DNA from: an uncultured Thermoplasmata archaeon
Lineage (GTDB): Archaea > Thermoplasmatota > Thermoplasmata > UBA10834
Direction of reading: 5' to 3'
NCBI GenBank assembly: GCA_963748615.1
Contig: CAVVJQ010000003.1
Location: forward strand, 304,599 to 368,598
Length of the DNA stretch: 64,000 bases
Part shown: piece after piece, positions 10,387-21,385 of the stretch
How the letters are laid out: each line of letters starts with the position of its first letter
Numbering within the stretch: position 1 is the stretch's first letter
Translations under genes and position numbers: made by a program
Notes under the pieces: model-generated
What the model saw: the letters and a program-made list of their open reading frames with translations, nothing else
Databases searched by the model: none
Told to the model about the DNA's origin: nothing

Positions 10387-10532
10387 TAGTTGGCCGAAAG
10401 GGATTTGAACCCATATTCTCGACTGATTAAACTCAAGAAGGCACATGGTCATTCCAGAAAGGCGCCTCAGGAATGGTAGCTGGAATGAGGATCGGACGAA
10501 CCAGTACATATCTGCCGAGAGATGCAAATACC
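10387..10532. repeat. att-like repeat copy 2: degenerate tRNA-Ala 3' end plus the same arm
   Basis: 22/26 match to the tRNA end with GGGATTTGAACCC intact; 43/60 ungapped match to the copy 1 arm. Confidence 0.85.
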
Positions 10533-10566
10533 CATAACGCGTTCACAAGTTGGGGAGGATTGGAGG

Positions 10567-12081
10567 ATGACCGGTAGAAAGAGGAAGAAGAGCCTCACGA
10601 CAGCTTTCGGGAGACCCGTGGGAGATGACCAGAACAGCGAGACCGCAGGGACACGTGGCCCGGTGTTGATGCAGGATGTCCACCTGCTTGAGAAGTTGGG
10701 ACACTTCGACAGAGAACGCATACCGGAGAGGGTAGTCCATGCCAAAGGAGCGGGTGCCAGCGGATACTTTGAGGTCACAGCCGATGTCACTGAGTACACG
10801 AAAGCTAAGTTCCTCTCCAATGTTGGCAAGCGGACCGATGTCTTCGTGCGATTCTCCACCGTAGGAGGCGAGAAGGGCTCGGCGGACTCTGAGCGTGACC
10901 CAAGGGGGTTCGCGATCAAGTTCTATACCGAGGAGGGCAACTACGATCTGGTGGGTAACAATACACCGGTATTCTTCATAAGGGATCCGCTAAAGTTCCC
11001 GGACTTCATCCACACGCAGAAGCGCAACCCTGCAACGAACCTCAAGGACCCAAACATGTTCTGGGACTTCCTCTCGCTCACCCCAGAATCCATCCATCAG
11101 GTGACTATCCTCTTCTCTGATCGCGGCACTCCTGCGACTTACCGACACATGAATGGATACAGCAGCCACACTTACAAATGGCACAATGCGAAGGGAGAGC
11201 AGTTTTGGGTGAAGTACCATCTCAAGACAAATCAAGGCATAAAGAATCTAACAAGGCAGGACGCTGAAGCGATGCGCGCTAAGGATCCAGACCACGCGAC
11301 CAGAGATTTGTACAACGCGATTGCCCGAGAGGACTATCCCTCATGGACTCTGGAGATTCAGGTCATGGGGGTCTCCGATGCGAAGGACTATCGTTTCGAC
11401 GTGTTCGACATAACGAAGGTTTGGCCCCATGGAGACTACCCAGCCATCAGGGTTGGAGAGCTGGTGCTGAACCGCAATCCCGAAAACTACTTCGCAGAGG
11501 TCGAGCAAGCTGCATTCGCCCCCAGCAACCTCGTCCCAGGAATCGCTCCTTCGCCAGATAAGATGCTCCAGGCACGTCTGTTCTCATATCACGACACACA
11601 CATACACAGGCTCGGGCCCAACTACCACCTGATACCGGTCAACAGCCCGAAAAACGCACTCGAAATGAGCTACCAGCGTGACGGGTCCATGCGCGTTGAT
11701 TCGGGCGGGGGGTCCGGCCCGAACTACTGGCCCAACACATTTGGAGGACCAGCACCAGATATTGCCAGTAAGGATCCGCCCTTCGCGGTGAATGGGGACG
11801 CGGGCAGGCACTCCTACACTCATCCGAATGACGATTTCGTACAGCCAGGAGACCTGTACAGGAAGGTTATGACCGATAAGGATCGGGAACACCTAGTGGG
11901 GAACATCGTGAGCCACCTCGGAGGAGCGCAGAAGAGGATTCAGCTCAGACAAACCGCTCTGTTCTTCAAGGCGGATGCCGACTATGGCAGAAGGGTAGCT
12001 GATGGCCTTGGCATCGATTTGAAGGTGGTCGAGAGGTTGGCAGGGATGACTCAGGAGGAAAGAGTCACTGAAACCAGCTGA
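10567..12081 (+). CDS. katA: Monofunctional heme catalase (small-subunit type)
   Basis: [15 protein letters not shown] distal His motif, VGNNTPVFF, proximal [11 protein letters not shown] after GGAGG. Confidence 0.97.
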   Translation: MTGRKRKKSLTTAFGRPVGDDQNSETAGTRGPVLMQDVHLLEKLGHFDRERIPERVVHAKGAGASGYFEVTADVTEYTKAKFLSNVGKRTDVFVRFSTVGGEKGSADSERDPRGFAIKFYTEEGNYDLVGNNTPVFFIRDPLKFPDFIHTQKRNPATNLKDPNMFWDFLSLTPESIHQVTILFSDRGTPATYRHMNGYSSHTYKWHNAKGEQFWVKYHLKTNQGIKNLTRQDAEAMRAKDPDHATRDLYNAIAREDYPSWTLEIQVMGVSDAKDYRFDVFDITKVWPHGDYPAIRVGELVLNRNPENYFAEVEQAAFAPSNLVPGIAPSPDKMLQARLFSYHDTHIHRLGPNYHLIPVNSPKNALEMSYQRDGSMRVDSGGGSGPNYWPNTFGGPAPDIASKDPPFAVNGDAGRHSYTHPNDDFVQPGDLYRKVMTDKDREHLVGNIVSHLGGAQKRIQLRQTALFFKADADYGRRVADGLGIDLKVVERLAGMTQEERVTETS

Positions 12082-12106
12082 GACGTCGGAAACGACAAAG
12101 TCCGAG

Positions 12107-12178
12107 TGGACCGAAGGGGATTTGAACCCCTGACCTCCTGCTTGCAAAGCAGGCGATCTTCCGCTGATCTATCGGCCC
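12107..12178 (-). tRNA. tRNA-Ala (TGC)
   Basis: Cloverleaf GGGCCGA/TCGGTCC with G3:U70, anticodon loop TT-TGC-AA, T loop TTCAAAT; CCA not encoded. Confidence 0.97.
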
Positions 12179-12523
12179 CTGCGGGATGGGGGCTCATTGG
12201 CCGTTTCGGTTAAATATCTTTCCTGGCACGGGTTCTGTATGGTTATTGGATGGTGTTGTTGATGGTGTCTTTTTCCGGTGCCACAAGTATCCCACACATC
12301 GCACATGTAATGTGCATATAGCCGCGGGGGGGATGTGACCATGGCCAGATGCTTCCTTCGATGCTCCACAGAGCAGTCGTGTTCCAGCGTGACGCGGTGA
12401 TGACCCTCTTCGACCCAGAGACGGGCGCACGGTCGGAGCCGAATGGAACGAGTCAATTGGTCCGGCGGTCATTAGGACCACCACCCGATAATCGACAGGA
12501 CCCTCGGACCAAACCTCATCGGA

Positions 12524-13690
12524 TCAGACAGATGAGAACACACAGGTGTCAGACCCGGTGGCTATACATGAGATTTCCCTGATGATGACCTTTCGTCCCA
12601 CGGCTCTCGTGACCAGTTCGCTCAGGATCGGCTCGAGGAACCTGCATATGGTATGATCGAAGCGGACGCAGCATCTTGCGAACACGGATTCGATACTGAT
12701 GGTGGTCTCTCCACTGGCCATGTCAATCCGATCTAACGAGTAGAAAGTCGCCCATCCGCTCCGAACCAGCGTCTGCAGGCCACGGTCGATGACCTCCCTA
12801 CCCTGCCCAGAGACATCCTTCGGTCTCAAGGGCACCATTGATTCCAGCATCGCATAGAGTTCCTGCACACCTTTGGCGGATGATTCATGATACTTGGCGA
12901 ACATCGAGGCTAGTCCCTGGATATCGGCTTGGACAAGTAGCGGGGAATCCGATGCCAATTGGCTGGAAGATGATGAATCCGAGGACGGACTGCCTCCTCC
13001 GAATGAGAATGATTCGGGTTGTTGACTTGCGCTGCCCCCTCCACCAGACATCGCATGACCATCACCGCGGTCTTCTCTGCGGAGCTCTTCAGGCTTTACA
13101 CGTCTGTGCCGTCCATCCTCCTTGCCTCTATCATATTCTGCATCCAGTTTTCGGAGGACCCCCAATCCTTGGGCGAGGGACATTAGTTCCTTTCGTTTTG
13201 AGCCCACCCATCCGACCGTCTCCATATGTCCGTAATAACCGACCTCCACCCCCAGTTCGTACCCTTGCTTGAATAAAGAGGTGACTGCTTTTGAAACAGT
13301 GGATCCTGAGGCGGACCTGAGTCTATCATCCCTGAGGGCGTCCTTCATCGCCCGCAACAATTCCTTCCCTTCGAAAGGCTTCGAGATGAAACCAACAGCA
13401 CCTCTTGCCAACGCTATTTCCTTTATCCTGGAATCTGCGCTAAGGAACAGGACCCTCGCAGACGGGTCAGTGGCGAGTATCTCATCCATTGCCTCGATAC
13501 CACTCTTGACCGGCATCCTGTGGTCCATTAGAATCAGGTCGGGTTTGGGTGAGAGTTCAAGGTACTTCTTGACCGCGGAGTCCCCGTCGAAGGCGAACCC
13601 CACCACGTCGAAACCCTTCAAAGAGAGTGTGTCCCTGAGTATCTGGACTATAAGCTTCTCGTCATCGACTATGAGTATCCTCGGTGGCAC
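12524..13690 (-). CDS. Response regulator: receiver domain + unknown central domain + C-terminal V4R-like domain
   Basis: ILIVDD, LILMDHRMP, FISKPF; C-terminus CRFL...IREISCIATGSDTCVF. Confidence 0.85.
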   Translation of the reverse strand: MPPRILIVDDEKLIVQILRDTLSLKGFDVVGFAFDGDSAVKKYLELSPKPDLILMDHRMPVKSGIEAMDEILATDPSARVLFLSADSRIKEIALARGAVGFISKPFEGKELLRAMKDALRDDRLRSASGSTVSKAVTSLFKQGYELGVEVGYYGHMETVGWVGSKRKELMSLAQGLGVLRKLDAEYDRGKEDGRHRRVKPEELRREDRGDGHAMSGGGGSASQQPESFSFGGGSPSSDSSSSSQLASDSPLLVQADIQGLASMFAKYHESSAKGVQELYAMLESMVPLRPKDVSGQGREVIDRGLQTLVRSGWATFYSLDRIDMASGETTISIESVFARCCVRFDHTICRFLEPILSELVTRAVGRKVIIREISCIATGSDTCVFSSV

Positions 13691-15724
13691 CTAACCACCT
13701 CGTAGAAGCAATATCGAGACCTTTGTGCCTTGTGTCCAATCGCCCTGCACGCGATTAGATATGGATATCTGGCCGCGCGAGCGCTCGATGATCATCTTCG
13801 AGATGAAGAGACCCATGCCAAAACCGCGTTTGATCTCCCAGTAATCCTTTGACGGCTTGAGCAGGTTGGGCTTGACATCGTCTGGAATGCCTGTCCCCCT
13901 GTCCTCTATGACAACCTCCAAATAGCCATGTCGGTGAGGAGATTCCGTCAAAGATATGGTCACATCTATGGATTCGGTGACGGTATTCTCGATGGAGTTC
14001 ACCAGTATGTTCTCGATGGCCACCTCAATCTTTGAATCGGCCAGCGCGATGGCATGAGGCGTGGCGGGATCGAAATCGATGGAGATTGCCTGGTCATCCC
14101 CCGCGCCCGTCATTTGCCTTGCGATGAGATCCATGATTGACTGCGCGAGATCGACCTCGACCATAGCGGTGGGTTGCTGGCTAACCCCGGTCAGCTCGCG
14201 AAGCCTCTCGATCATCGTGGATATGACCCGCACCTGTTTCCTCATATCCTGTGCATGTTGCCGGACTGCATCTGGTGTCTCGGCATTGTCCTCGATGAGC
14301 TCACTGAAGGACATCAATGCCGTGGAGTAGTTTGCTATATCGTGGCACAATAGATCGAGGTAGGTCGCCGATTCTCCCCTTGCCCGTTCCGCCTCGCTCA
14401 GCATCTGCATCCTCTGGACAGCGTATGCAAGCGTGTTCGCCTGTATCTTGAAGAATATCTTAGCTTGGTCGTCGAACGGTGAGTGGTCCTGGGACAGCAG
14501 CAGAACATATCCAAGCACATGTGGCCCTGATGTCATCCGCGCCCATATCCCAGAGGACATGCCAGAGGACTGCAGGACCTCCGACACGAGAGGCGAACCA
14601 GCACACTCCACAGATTCAAAACCAGAGGAATCCTGAGAGGGAAATAGCGAGGTCGGCTCGATTCCACGGGAATCATCAAGAGATATTGGTGTGCCTTCGA
14701 GCAGGCCGAACTTGGATTCGAGAAACAACCTGCCAAAGTCGGAGTCCATCAAGTATATCATGCCGGCATCGGCACAGAACGAGGTCGTCAGTGCGCGGAT
14801 GGCATTGTCCAGGAGTTCCTGCATGTTCTCCGCGGAGGACATCACCCATAGCAGGTCGGTCATCGATGAGCGTTCCCTATCGAGTTCCCCCAGCTCGGAC
14901 ATGTCCCTCATCATCACCAAGATGCTTGAGACAGAGCGGTCCGGAGCGATCATGGGTGCGATGCTGACATCATACACCATAGCCTTTGCGGATTGGTCAT
15001 CGGCGACTATTCTGACCGGAAGGAACCTGTTGTGTGTGGATCTCTTCGTGACACGGCACGATTCGATCATATCCATCAATGATCCAGTATCCGCGGCCTG
15101 GAAGACTTCCATGAACGGCTTTCCCATGACTCCACTATGAGGTCCCCCGGGAGGCATATACTGCAAAAGGTGTGAATTATGGTTGATTATCCGGAGATCC
15201 GAATCCAGCTCGATTATGGCCATGGGAGCGCTCTCGATCAGATTCTTGGTCCTCTGGAGAAGATCCTCGATCATCCTACCGCGGGCGATCACTTCCTGCG
15301 ACGATCGCATCCGCTCAGAGATATCACGACAGAAGCTGTCGATCCCGACGATCCGGCCGTCCTCGGACCTCAGAGGTATTGCGCTATGTTCCGTCCATAG
15401 GACGGAACCGTCCTTTCGCATCATGCGAGCAACAGCGGGCTCGGTATATGGCACGCTACCATCGAGGAGGCCAAGGAATATCGGCAAGTCATCGGGATGA
15501 AACAGGCTCGGCAAAAGGTTCGGGTTGGCATGGAAATCCTTTGGAGAGTGGCCTAACAATGTTTGACATGAAGGGTTGATGTACATCGTCCGAGGTTCTG
15601 GAACCGCCAGATGCCTGAATATGACATCCCTGGAATTCTCCACCAAGAATCGGAACGTCGCATGATGGTCTCCAGACTGATGGCCATGAGACCCGGCCCC
15701 ATCATCTGCTCGCTCTGCCCCCAT
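13691..15724 (-). CDS. Cytoplasmic PAS-PAS-GAF sensor histidine kinase
   Basis: PAS/PAC (RKDGSVLW, RDISER), GAF region, H-box LLCHDIAN, N-box NILVNS, DRGTGIP, GFGMGL; abuts the response regulator. Confidence 0.9.
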   Translation of the reverse strand: MGAERADDGAGSHGHQSGDHHATFRFLVENSRDVIFRHLAVPEPRTMYINPSCQTLLGHSPKDFHANPNLLPSLFHPDDLPIFLGLLDGSVPYTEPAVARMMRKDGSVLWTEHSAIPLRSEDGRIVGIDSFCRDISERMRSSQEVIARGRMIEDLLQRTKNLIESAPMAIIELDSDLRIINHNSHLLQYMPPGGPHSGVMGKPFMEVFQAADTGSLMDMIESCRVTKRSTHNRFLPVRIVADDQSAKAMVYDVSIAPMIAPDRSVSSILVMMRDMSELGELDRERSSMTDLLWVMSSAENMQELLDNAIRALTTSFCADAGMIYLMDSDFGRLFLESKFGLLEGTPISLDDSRGIEPTSLFPSQDSSGFESVECAGSPLVSEVLQSSGMSSGIWARMTSGPHVLGYVLLLSQDHSPFDDQAKIFFKIQANTLAYAVQRMQMLSEAERARGESATYLDLLCHDIANYSTALMSFSELIEDNAETPDAVRQHAQDMRKQVRVISTMIERLRELTGVSQQPTAMVEVDLAQSIMDLIARQMTGAGDDQAISIDFDPATPHAIALADSKIEVAIENILVNSIENTVTESIDVTISLTESPHRHGYLEVVIEDRGTGIPDDVKPNLLKPSKDYWEIKRGFGMGLFISKMIIERSRGQISISNRVQGDWTQGTKVSILLLRGG

Positions 15725-16029
15725 GTATGACTCCTTCGTTTTGACCACGCAATTTCCGGAATGCATCACAGGGGGGATCTCAGCGCCCCTTCTCGAACCA
15801 CCCTCGGCTCGGATAAATGCGCGAACGGCTCGTTATGTCAACGACGATGTCAAATAAGTTGTCCGTTGGGTCTCATACCTGAAAATCATCGGAGACAACT
15901 GTATCGAAGGAAAACAATGGGAAAGAGCGCGCGAATAGGATGTCGCGAGCGATTCAAGGGATGCCCTGAAACAATTCAAATCGAGAAATCAGTTTACATG
16001 ATGTGCATTTAAATCGCACAGGGTCGATA

Positions 16030-16341
16030 TCAGGAGCGCAGCACGATCTCGATGTTGACGCCGTCTGGAACCTGTATCCTCATGAGCTGTCTGAGGGCAC
16101 GCTCGTCCGCGTCAAGATCGATCAGGCGCTTGTGTACGCGCATCTCCCAGCGGTCCCAGGTCTCGGAACCCTCGCCATCGGGACTCTTGCGCACGGGCAC
16201 GAGTAGTCTCTTTGTCGGGAGAGGTATAGGTCCGGATATGTCCACGCCTGTCTTTTCACTAATCATCTTAATCTGCTTACAGACGCTGTCGACCTTCTTG
16301 GGGTCTGTTCCGCTAAGAGAAATCCGGGCTCTTTGAGACAT
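16030..16341 (-). CDS. rpsJ: 30S ribosomal protein S10 (uS10)
   Basis: [33 protein letters not shown]. Confidence 0.98.
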   Translation of the reverse strand: MSQRARISLSGTDPKKVDSVCKQIKMISEKTGVDISGPIPLPTKRLLVPVRKSPDGEGSETWDRWEMRVHKRLIDLDADERALRQLMRIQVPDGVNIEIVLRS

Positions 16342-16391
16342 ATCAACAAAACCTCACATGAAAAACATAAGGGAAAGGGGGTTTAAGGGTT

Positions 16392-17663
16392 TTACATCTC
16401 CTTCTTTTCGACATCCACGACCATGCCAGCCGCAACGGTCTGGCCCATGTCTCTGACCGCGAACCTGCCGAGCTGCGGGAAGTCCTTAGCCTTCTCAATC
16501 GCCAGTGGCTTGGACGGCTGGATCTTCACGATCGCCGCGTCACCGGTCTTGAGGAACTGTGGGTTCTCTTCCTTGACAGCGCCCGTCCTCGGGTCGAGCT
16601 TCTTCTGAAGCTCAAGGAATGTGCACGCTACCTGAGCTGTGTGCATGTGGAACACAGGTGTGTATCCGACAGTGATCACGCTCGGGTGGTTCAGGACCAT
16701 TATCTGCGCGGTGAAGGTCTTCGCGACCGTCGGTGGGTTGTCAACCGGGCCAGCGACATCTCCCCTCTTGATATCTGTCTTGGCGATGCCTCTGCAGTTG
16801 AATCCCACATTGTCACCAGGCAAAGCCTGTGTGAGCATCTCATGGTGCATCTCGATCGACTTGACTTCTCCGACCTTGTTCGACGGCATGAAGATGATCT
16901 TCATGTCTGGCTTGAGCACGCCTGTCTCGACCCTGCCCACTGGAACGGTTCCCACACCAGTGATGCTGTACACATCCTGCACTGGGAGTCTGAGCGCCTT
17001 GTCGGTCATCTGGGACGGGGGCTTGAGCATATCGAGTGCCTGAACGAGTGTCGGGCCCTTGTACCAGGGAGTGTTCGCCGAGACCGACGCAATGTTGTCG
17101 CCCTTGAATCCGGAGCACGGTATGAACGGAATCTCGTCCGTCTTGTACCCGACCGTCTTCAGAAGCTCGGTCACTGCCTTCTTGGTCTCCTCATACTTCG
17201 CCTGGTCGTACTTGACCGCGTCCATCTTGTTGATATCGATGACGATCTGGTTCACACCGAGCGTCCTTGCCAGGAAGATGTGCTCCTTCGTCTGGGCCTG
17301 AGGACCTTCGATCGACGATACGACGATGACCGCCGCATCTGCCTGGCTGGTACCAGTGATCATGTTCTTCACGAAGTCCCTGTGTCCAGGTGCGTCGATT
17401 ATGGTGAAGTAGTACTTCTGGGTGTTGAACTTCTTGTGTGCAACATCGATGGTGAGACCTCTCTCTCGCTCTTCCTTCAGTCCATCCATGACCCATGCGA
17501 ACTCGAAAGTCGCCTTGCCCTTCGTCTCGGCCTCCTTCCTGTACTTCTCGATGATATGGGCCTCAACGTGGCCCGTGTCGAGGAGCAAGCGACCGACGCT
17601 GGTCGACTTACCGTGGTCAACATGTCCGATGAACACCAAGTTCATATGTGGTTTCTCTGCCAT
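16392..17663 (-). CDS. tuf: Translation elongation factor EF-1 alpha
   Basis: [39 protein letters not shown]. Confidence 0.99.
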   Translation of the reverse strand: MAEKPHMNLVFIGHVDHGKSTSVGRLLLDTGHVEAHIIEKYRKEAETKGKATFEFAWVMDGLKEERERGLTIDVAHKKFNTQKYYFTIIDAPGHRDFVKNMITGTSQADAAVIVVSSIEGPQAQTKEHIFLARTLGVNQIVIDINKMDAVKYDQAKYEETKKAVTELLKTVGYKTDEIPFIPCSGFKGDNIASVSANTPWYKGPTLVQALDMLKPPSQMTDKALRLPVQDVYSITGVGTVPVGRVETGVLKPDMKIIFMPSNKVGEVKSIEMHHEMLTQALPGDNVGFNCRGIAKTDIKRGDVAGPVDNPPTVAKTFTAQIMVLNHPSVITVGYTPVFHMHTAQVACTFLELQKKLDPRTGAVKEENPQFLKTGDAAIVKIQPSKPLAIEKAKDFPQLGRFAVRDMGQTVAAGMVVDVEKKEM

Positions 17664-17751
17664 ATCATGGCCTCCATTGTCTTCTTTTCGAGCATGATGC
17701 TCTTGGTATATTAGTCTTTTTGCAAAGGGAATCTGGACTGTGGCTATTCCA

Positions 17752-19950
17752 TCAGCCCGAGTAGTACGCAGCGTCGTACGGCTCAGGCTTCAGTCCCTTC
17801 CTCTGCCTTATCTGCAGCACGGCCTTGTCCAAGGGGTCCTTGGGCATCGGCTCGAAGCCAGCGTTCTCAGTCGACCAGAGCGCCCTGCCACTCGTGGCAC
17901 CCCTGATGGATGCTGCGAAACCGAACATCTCGGAGACGGGGCACTTGGAAGCTACGATAGTCATCTCGCCTTCCTGCTTCATGTCCTCTATCACTCCACG
18001 CCTCTGCTGGACCTCACGGATCGCATCGCCCATGACGTCCTGGGGCACATTGATGAAGACCTTCTGCATGGGTTCGTAAAGTGTACGGCCAGCCTGGCAC
18101 ATCGCACCGTATATGGCGGATCTTGCAGCGGGGATAACCTGAGCAGGCCCCCTGTGTATGCTGTCCTCGTGCATCTTTGCGTCTACGAGCTTGATCTTGA
18201 CAGCCATGCACTTCTCGTTGGCCAACGGACCTCGGTTCATGGCTTCTACGTAGGCCTCTTTGATCAATTCCATCGTCTCGTGAAGGTACTGGATACCTTT
18301 GGTCATGTCGAGCAGCATGTTGGTCCCGTGGAAGGCCACGATGCCTCTCGCCTCGTCCCTGTCCATGCCCAAGTCCTGGAGCTGCCTTGCGACCGCCTTC
18401 GAGTCCTTGACCTTGCCCTCGACGTCGATGACGCCGGAACGCATTGCCTGGACGATGTCTGCAGAGAGCGGTTCGACCTCGATGTAGAACTTGTTGTGCT
18501 TGTTCGGGGACTTGCCCTCGAACGGGCCGCCCATCCCAATCACGCACTCCCTGAACACGACGATCGGCTGAGATGTCTTGATCTCGACCTTGTGCTCGTT
18601 GACTATCCTGTATTGAGTGATCTCGAGATGCAGTTCGCCCATGCCGGACATCAAATGCTCGCCAGTCTCCTGATTGATCTCGACCTGGATCGACGGATCT
18701 GCCTTCGCGACCGTGCGCAGGACATCCACCAGCTTCGGCAGGTCCTTCGTGTGCTTGGCCTCGATGGCTACTGTGACGACAGGGTCGCTGTAGTGCACGA
18801 TCTTCTCGAAAGACGCCATCTCAGGGTCGCTTGATACCGTGGAACCCGCGATCGCATCCTTGAGCCCAGATACTGCGACGACATTGCCCGCATCCAGCTC
18901 GTCGACCGGTATCCTATCGGCACCGACCGTGAGCGAGACCATCTGGGCTCTGTTGGGGTCAGGCATGCCTATGACATGCAGTTCCTGGCCTTTCCTGATC
19001 TTGCCACTGAAGAGACGGCCGACCGCGACCTCACCAGCGTGCGGATCCACTATGATCTTGGTGACCATGAGTGCGACTGGACCTTCGGGGTCGCAGTTCA
19101 ACATCCCCTTTCCGAAATTAGACTCGGGGTCCCCATGCCATATGACTGGAATCCTGAGCTTCTGAGCCTCATCTGGGTTCGGCAGATGTATGATGACCAT
19201 CTCTAGGAGGACCTCGTGGAGAGGAGCCTTCTTCGCAAGGGTCTTCTGGTCGCCGTTCTTGCAGAACTCGTACACCTGCTTGAAATTGATGCCAGTAGCC
19301 TTCATGAAGGGCACGGATATGGCCCAGTTGTTGTACGCAGAGCCGAATATGACATTGCCAGTCTCGACCTTCAACGCCCACTTGTCCTTCAGTTCTGGTG
19401 GTAGGAGCTTCTTGATCTTCTCGTTGACTTCGTTGACGATGCCAGCTAGACGTGCCTGCATCTGCTCCGGGGTCACCTGAAGCTCGTTTATCAGCCGGTC
19501 GACCTTGTTGATGAACAGGATCGGATGCACCCTCTCTTTGATCGCCTGTCGTATGACGGTCTCGGTCTGAGGCATCACACCTTCGACCGCGCATGCAAGG
19601 ATGACGACGCCGTCGATGGCCCTCATGGCCCTCGTGACATCGCCGCCGAAGTCGACGTGGCCAGGCGTGTCGATGAGATTGATCAGATACTCCTGACCCT
19701 TGTAATCGTAAACCATCGATGCGCTCGCGGCGTTGATCGTGATCCCTCTAGCCTGCTCCTGCTCGTCGAAGTCGAGGAGCAGCTGCTTGCCAGCGAGATC
19801 CCCAGACATCATGCCCGATCCAGCGATCAGGTTGTCTGAGAGCGTCGTCTTTCCGTGGTCAATGTGCGCAGCGGTTCCGATGTTACGGATGAATTTAGTC
19901 TGCCTCATCAGAGCTTGCGCCTTGCGGATATTGTCTTCTTTTCTTCCCAT
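17752..19950 (-). CDS. fusA: Translation elongation factor aEF-2
   Basis: [17 protein letters not shown], diphthamide loop [11 protein letters not shown]. Confidence 0.99.
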   Translation of the reverse strand: MGRKEDNIRKAQALMRQTKFIRNIGTAAHIDHGKTTLSDNLIAGSGMMSGDLAGKQLLLDFDEQEQARGITINAASASMVYDYKGQEYLINLIDTPGHVDFGGDVTRAMRAIDGVVILACAVEGVMPQTETVIRQAIKERVHPILFINKVDRLINELQVTPEQMQARLAGIVNEVNEKIKKLLPPELKDKWALKVETGNVIFGSAYNNWAISVPFMKATGINFKQVYEFCKNGDQKTLAKKAPLHEVLLEMVIIHLPNPDEAQKLRIPVIWHGDPESNFGKGMLNCDPEGPVALMVTKIIVDPHAGEVAVGRLFSGKIRKGQELHVIGMPDPNRAQMVSLTVGADRIPVDELDAGNVVAVSGLKDAIAGSTVSSDPEMASFEKIVHYSDPVVTVAIEAKHTKDLPKLVDVLRTVAKADPSIQVEINQETGEHLMSGMGELHLEITQYRIVNEHKVEIKTSQPIVVFRECVIGMGGPFEGKSPNKHNKFYIEVEPLSADIVQAMRSGVIDVEGKVKDSKAVARQLQDLGMDRDEARGIVAFHGTNMLLDMTKGIQYLHETMELIKEAYVEAMNRGPLANEKCMAVKIKLVDAKMHEDSIHRGPAQVIPAARSAIYGAMCQAGRTLYEPMQKVFINVPQDVMGDAIREVQQRRGVIEDMKQEGEMTIVASKCPVSEMFGFAASIRGATSGRALWSTENAGFEPMPKDPLDKAVLQIRQRKGLKPEPYDAAYYSG

Positions 19951-20034
19951 AATATCACCATGGGTCTAGCTCAGTTCATATACGACAGTAAAGCGTCGAA
20001 CATGAAAGCATGATAAGAGGTTTGTCAAACGAAC

Positions 20035-20763
20035 TCAGCGAGCGGACGAAGACACCCTTTCGATCTCTTCCTTCTTGGCAACCGCGCTGCTGTTCATGTC
20101 GTTCTTGGCTGCGAGCAGTAGTTGGTTTGCGAGACACTCACCTATCGGGGTCTTGCTCCCATGCGAGGATTCCAATGTGGCCTGGCATACATACCTCAGA
20201 GCGAGGTCGACCCTCCTTGCGGGAGCGACATCGACGGCCTTCGGCACGGATATGCCTCCGTAACGCAGCCTAGTGACCTCTTCTCTTGGCGCGGCGTTGA
20301 GCAGCGCGTCGACCAGTACCTGGAGAGGGTTCTGACCCGTCTTGGCATGAATCATCTCGAAGGCGTTCTCGACCGCCATGTAGGATCCCATCTTCTTGCC
20401 CGTGAAATCCTCGGTCCTCATCATGTTGTTGATGAGGCGTTCGACTATGCTCATCTTGGCCTTCCCGAAGGCCTTGGCAGTGTGTCTTCCACCGGTGTGT
20501 GGCACGGATATGGGGGTGATATCGATGTATCTCGCCATACCCGGGTCACTTATGGTGACGACCGAAGCGTCGTACTTGCCGAAGAGGAGTACATTGGCAA
20601 TCGGTTTCGCCGGCTCCGCTGCCTCCTTAGCCTCCACGGCCTTGCTCTCTGGTGGTTTCTGTTCGCCTGTCTGCGGTTGAGTAAGCGGTGCAGCAGCTGC
20701 CTCAGGGGATGCAGTAGGCTCCGGGGCTTGGGTCTCCTGCTCTGGTTTCTTCTCATCTGCCAT
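20035..20763 (-). CDS. rpsG: 30S ribosomal protein S7 (uS7) with low-complexity N-terminal extension
   Basis: IVERLIN, NPLQVLV, AVDVAPARRVD, KKEEIERVS. Confidence 0.97.
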   Translation of the reverse strand: MADEKKPEQETQAPEPTASPEAAAAPLTQPQTGEQKPPESKAVEAKEAAEPAKPIANVLLFGKYDASVVTISDPGMARYIDITPISVPHTGGRHTAKAFGKAKMSIVERLINNMMRTEDFTGKKMGSYMAVENAFEMIHAKTGQNPLQVLVDALLNAAPREEVTRLRYGGISVPKAVDVAPARRVDLALRYVCQATLESSHGSKTPIGECLANQLLLAAKNDMNSSAVAKKEEIERVSSSAR

Positions 20764-20767
20764 TTGA

Positions 20768-21196
20768 TCACCTCACAGGTTTCTCCTTTCTGCCCCTCAC
20801 CAGCTCGTTTAGAGAGACGTTGTTCACTTTGATTACCTTGTATCTGACACCGGGGATGTCACCGTAGGACCTACCCATCCTGCCTCCGATGCCCTCGACC
20901 AGCACCTCATCGTGCTCGTCTATGAAATTGATGGCACCGTCGCCGACGGCGAAGGCGGTGATCTGCCTCCCGTTCTTGATCAGTTGGATCTTGACACACT
21001 TCCGTATCGCAGAGTTGGGCTGTTTCGCCTCTATACCAACCTTCTCAAGCACTACCCCTTTAGCCTGGGCTGAGCCTTCAAGAGGGTCGGACTTCTCCTT
21101 CAAGTGCAGCTGCCTGCGCTTGTAATAACGGTCGCTCCATCTCATCATCTGTCGGCTCTGCTTGAGCTTTCTGGCTGTGATTAGACCTCTAGGCAA
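20768..21196 (-). CDS. rpsL: 30S ribosomal protein S12 (uS12)
   Basis: [20 protein letters not shown]; probable TTG start after AGGTGA. Confidence 0.98.
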   Translation of the reverse strand: MPRGLITARKLKQSRQMMRWSDRYYKRRQLHLKEKSDPLEGSAQAKGVVLEKVGIEAKQPNSAIRKCVKIQLIKNGRQITAFAVGDGAINFIDEHDEVLVEGIGGRMGRSYGDIPGVRYKVIKVNNVSLNELVRGRKEKPVR

Positions 21197-21385
21197 TAGG
21201 TTCACCTTTCGCTACGGAAGTAAGCCCTACAAATCCGTCAGCCTATTAAAACTTACGGTTATACTGTCCGCACTGCCAGCATTCCAGGTTGCCGCTCCGG
21301 GGACAATTTTCTCAAGGGGCCTTGATCTTCCGGACGACGGGAAGCATCCAAGGGTATAAACCGTTTCTGCCTGGGATCTTAACGG

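Noticed and set aside
8639..10412. tRNA fragments as split-tRNA halves, CRISPR repeats or an SSV-type split integrase
   Set aside because: An intact tRNA-Ala is present and no complementary leader/BHB is seen; the spacing is ~1.7 kb, not spacer-sized; frames through the sites close quickly and show no tyrosine-recombinase motifs.
12169..12582. Short ORFs between tRNA-Ala and the response regulator
   Set aside because: Mutually overlapping with no motifs; the region includes the tRNA promoter.
16641..18834. Long plus-strand ORFs (357 and 364 aa) opposite tuf/fusA
   Set aside because: Antisense shadows of highly conserved, codon-biased genes; no protein-like motifs.
21320..21360. Imperfect hairpin and extra TATA-like box upstream of rpsL
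   Set aside because: Could be a terminator or leader, but there is no recognisable ncRNA family or covariation evidence.
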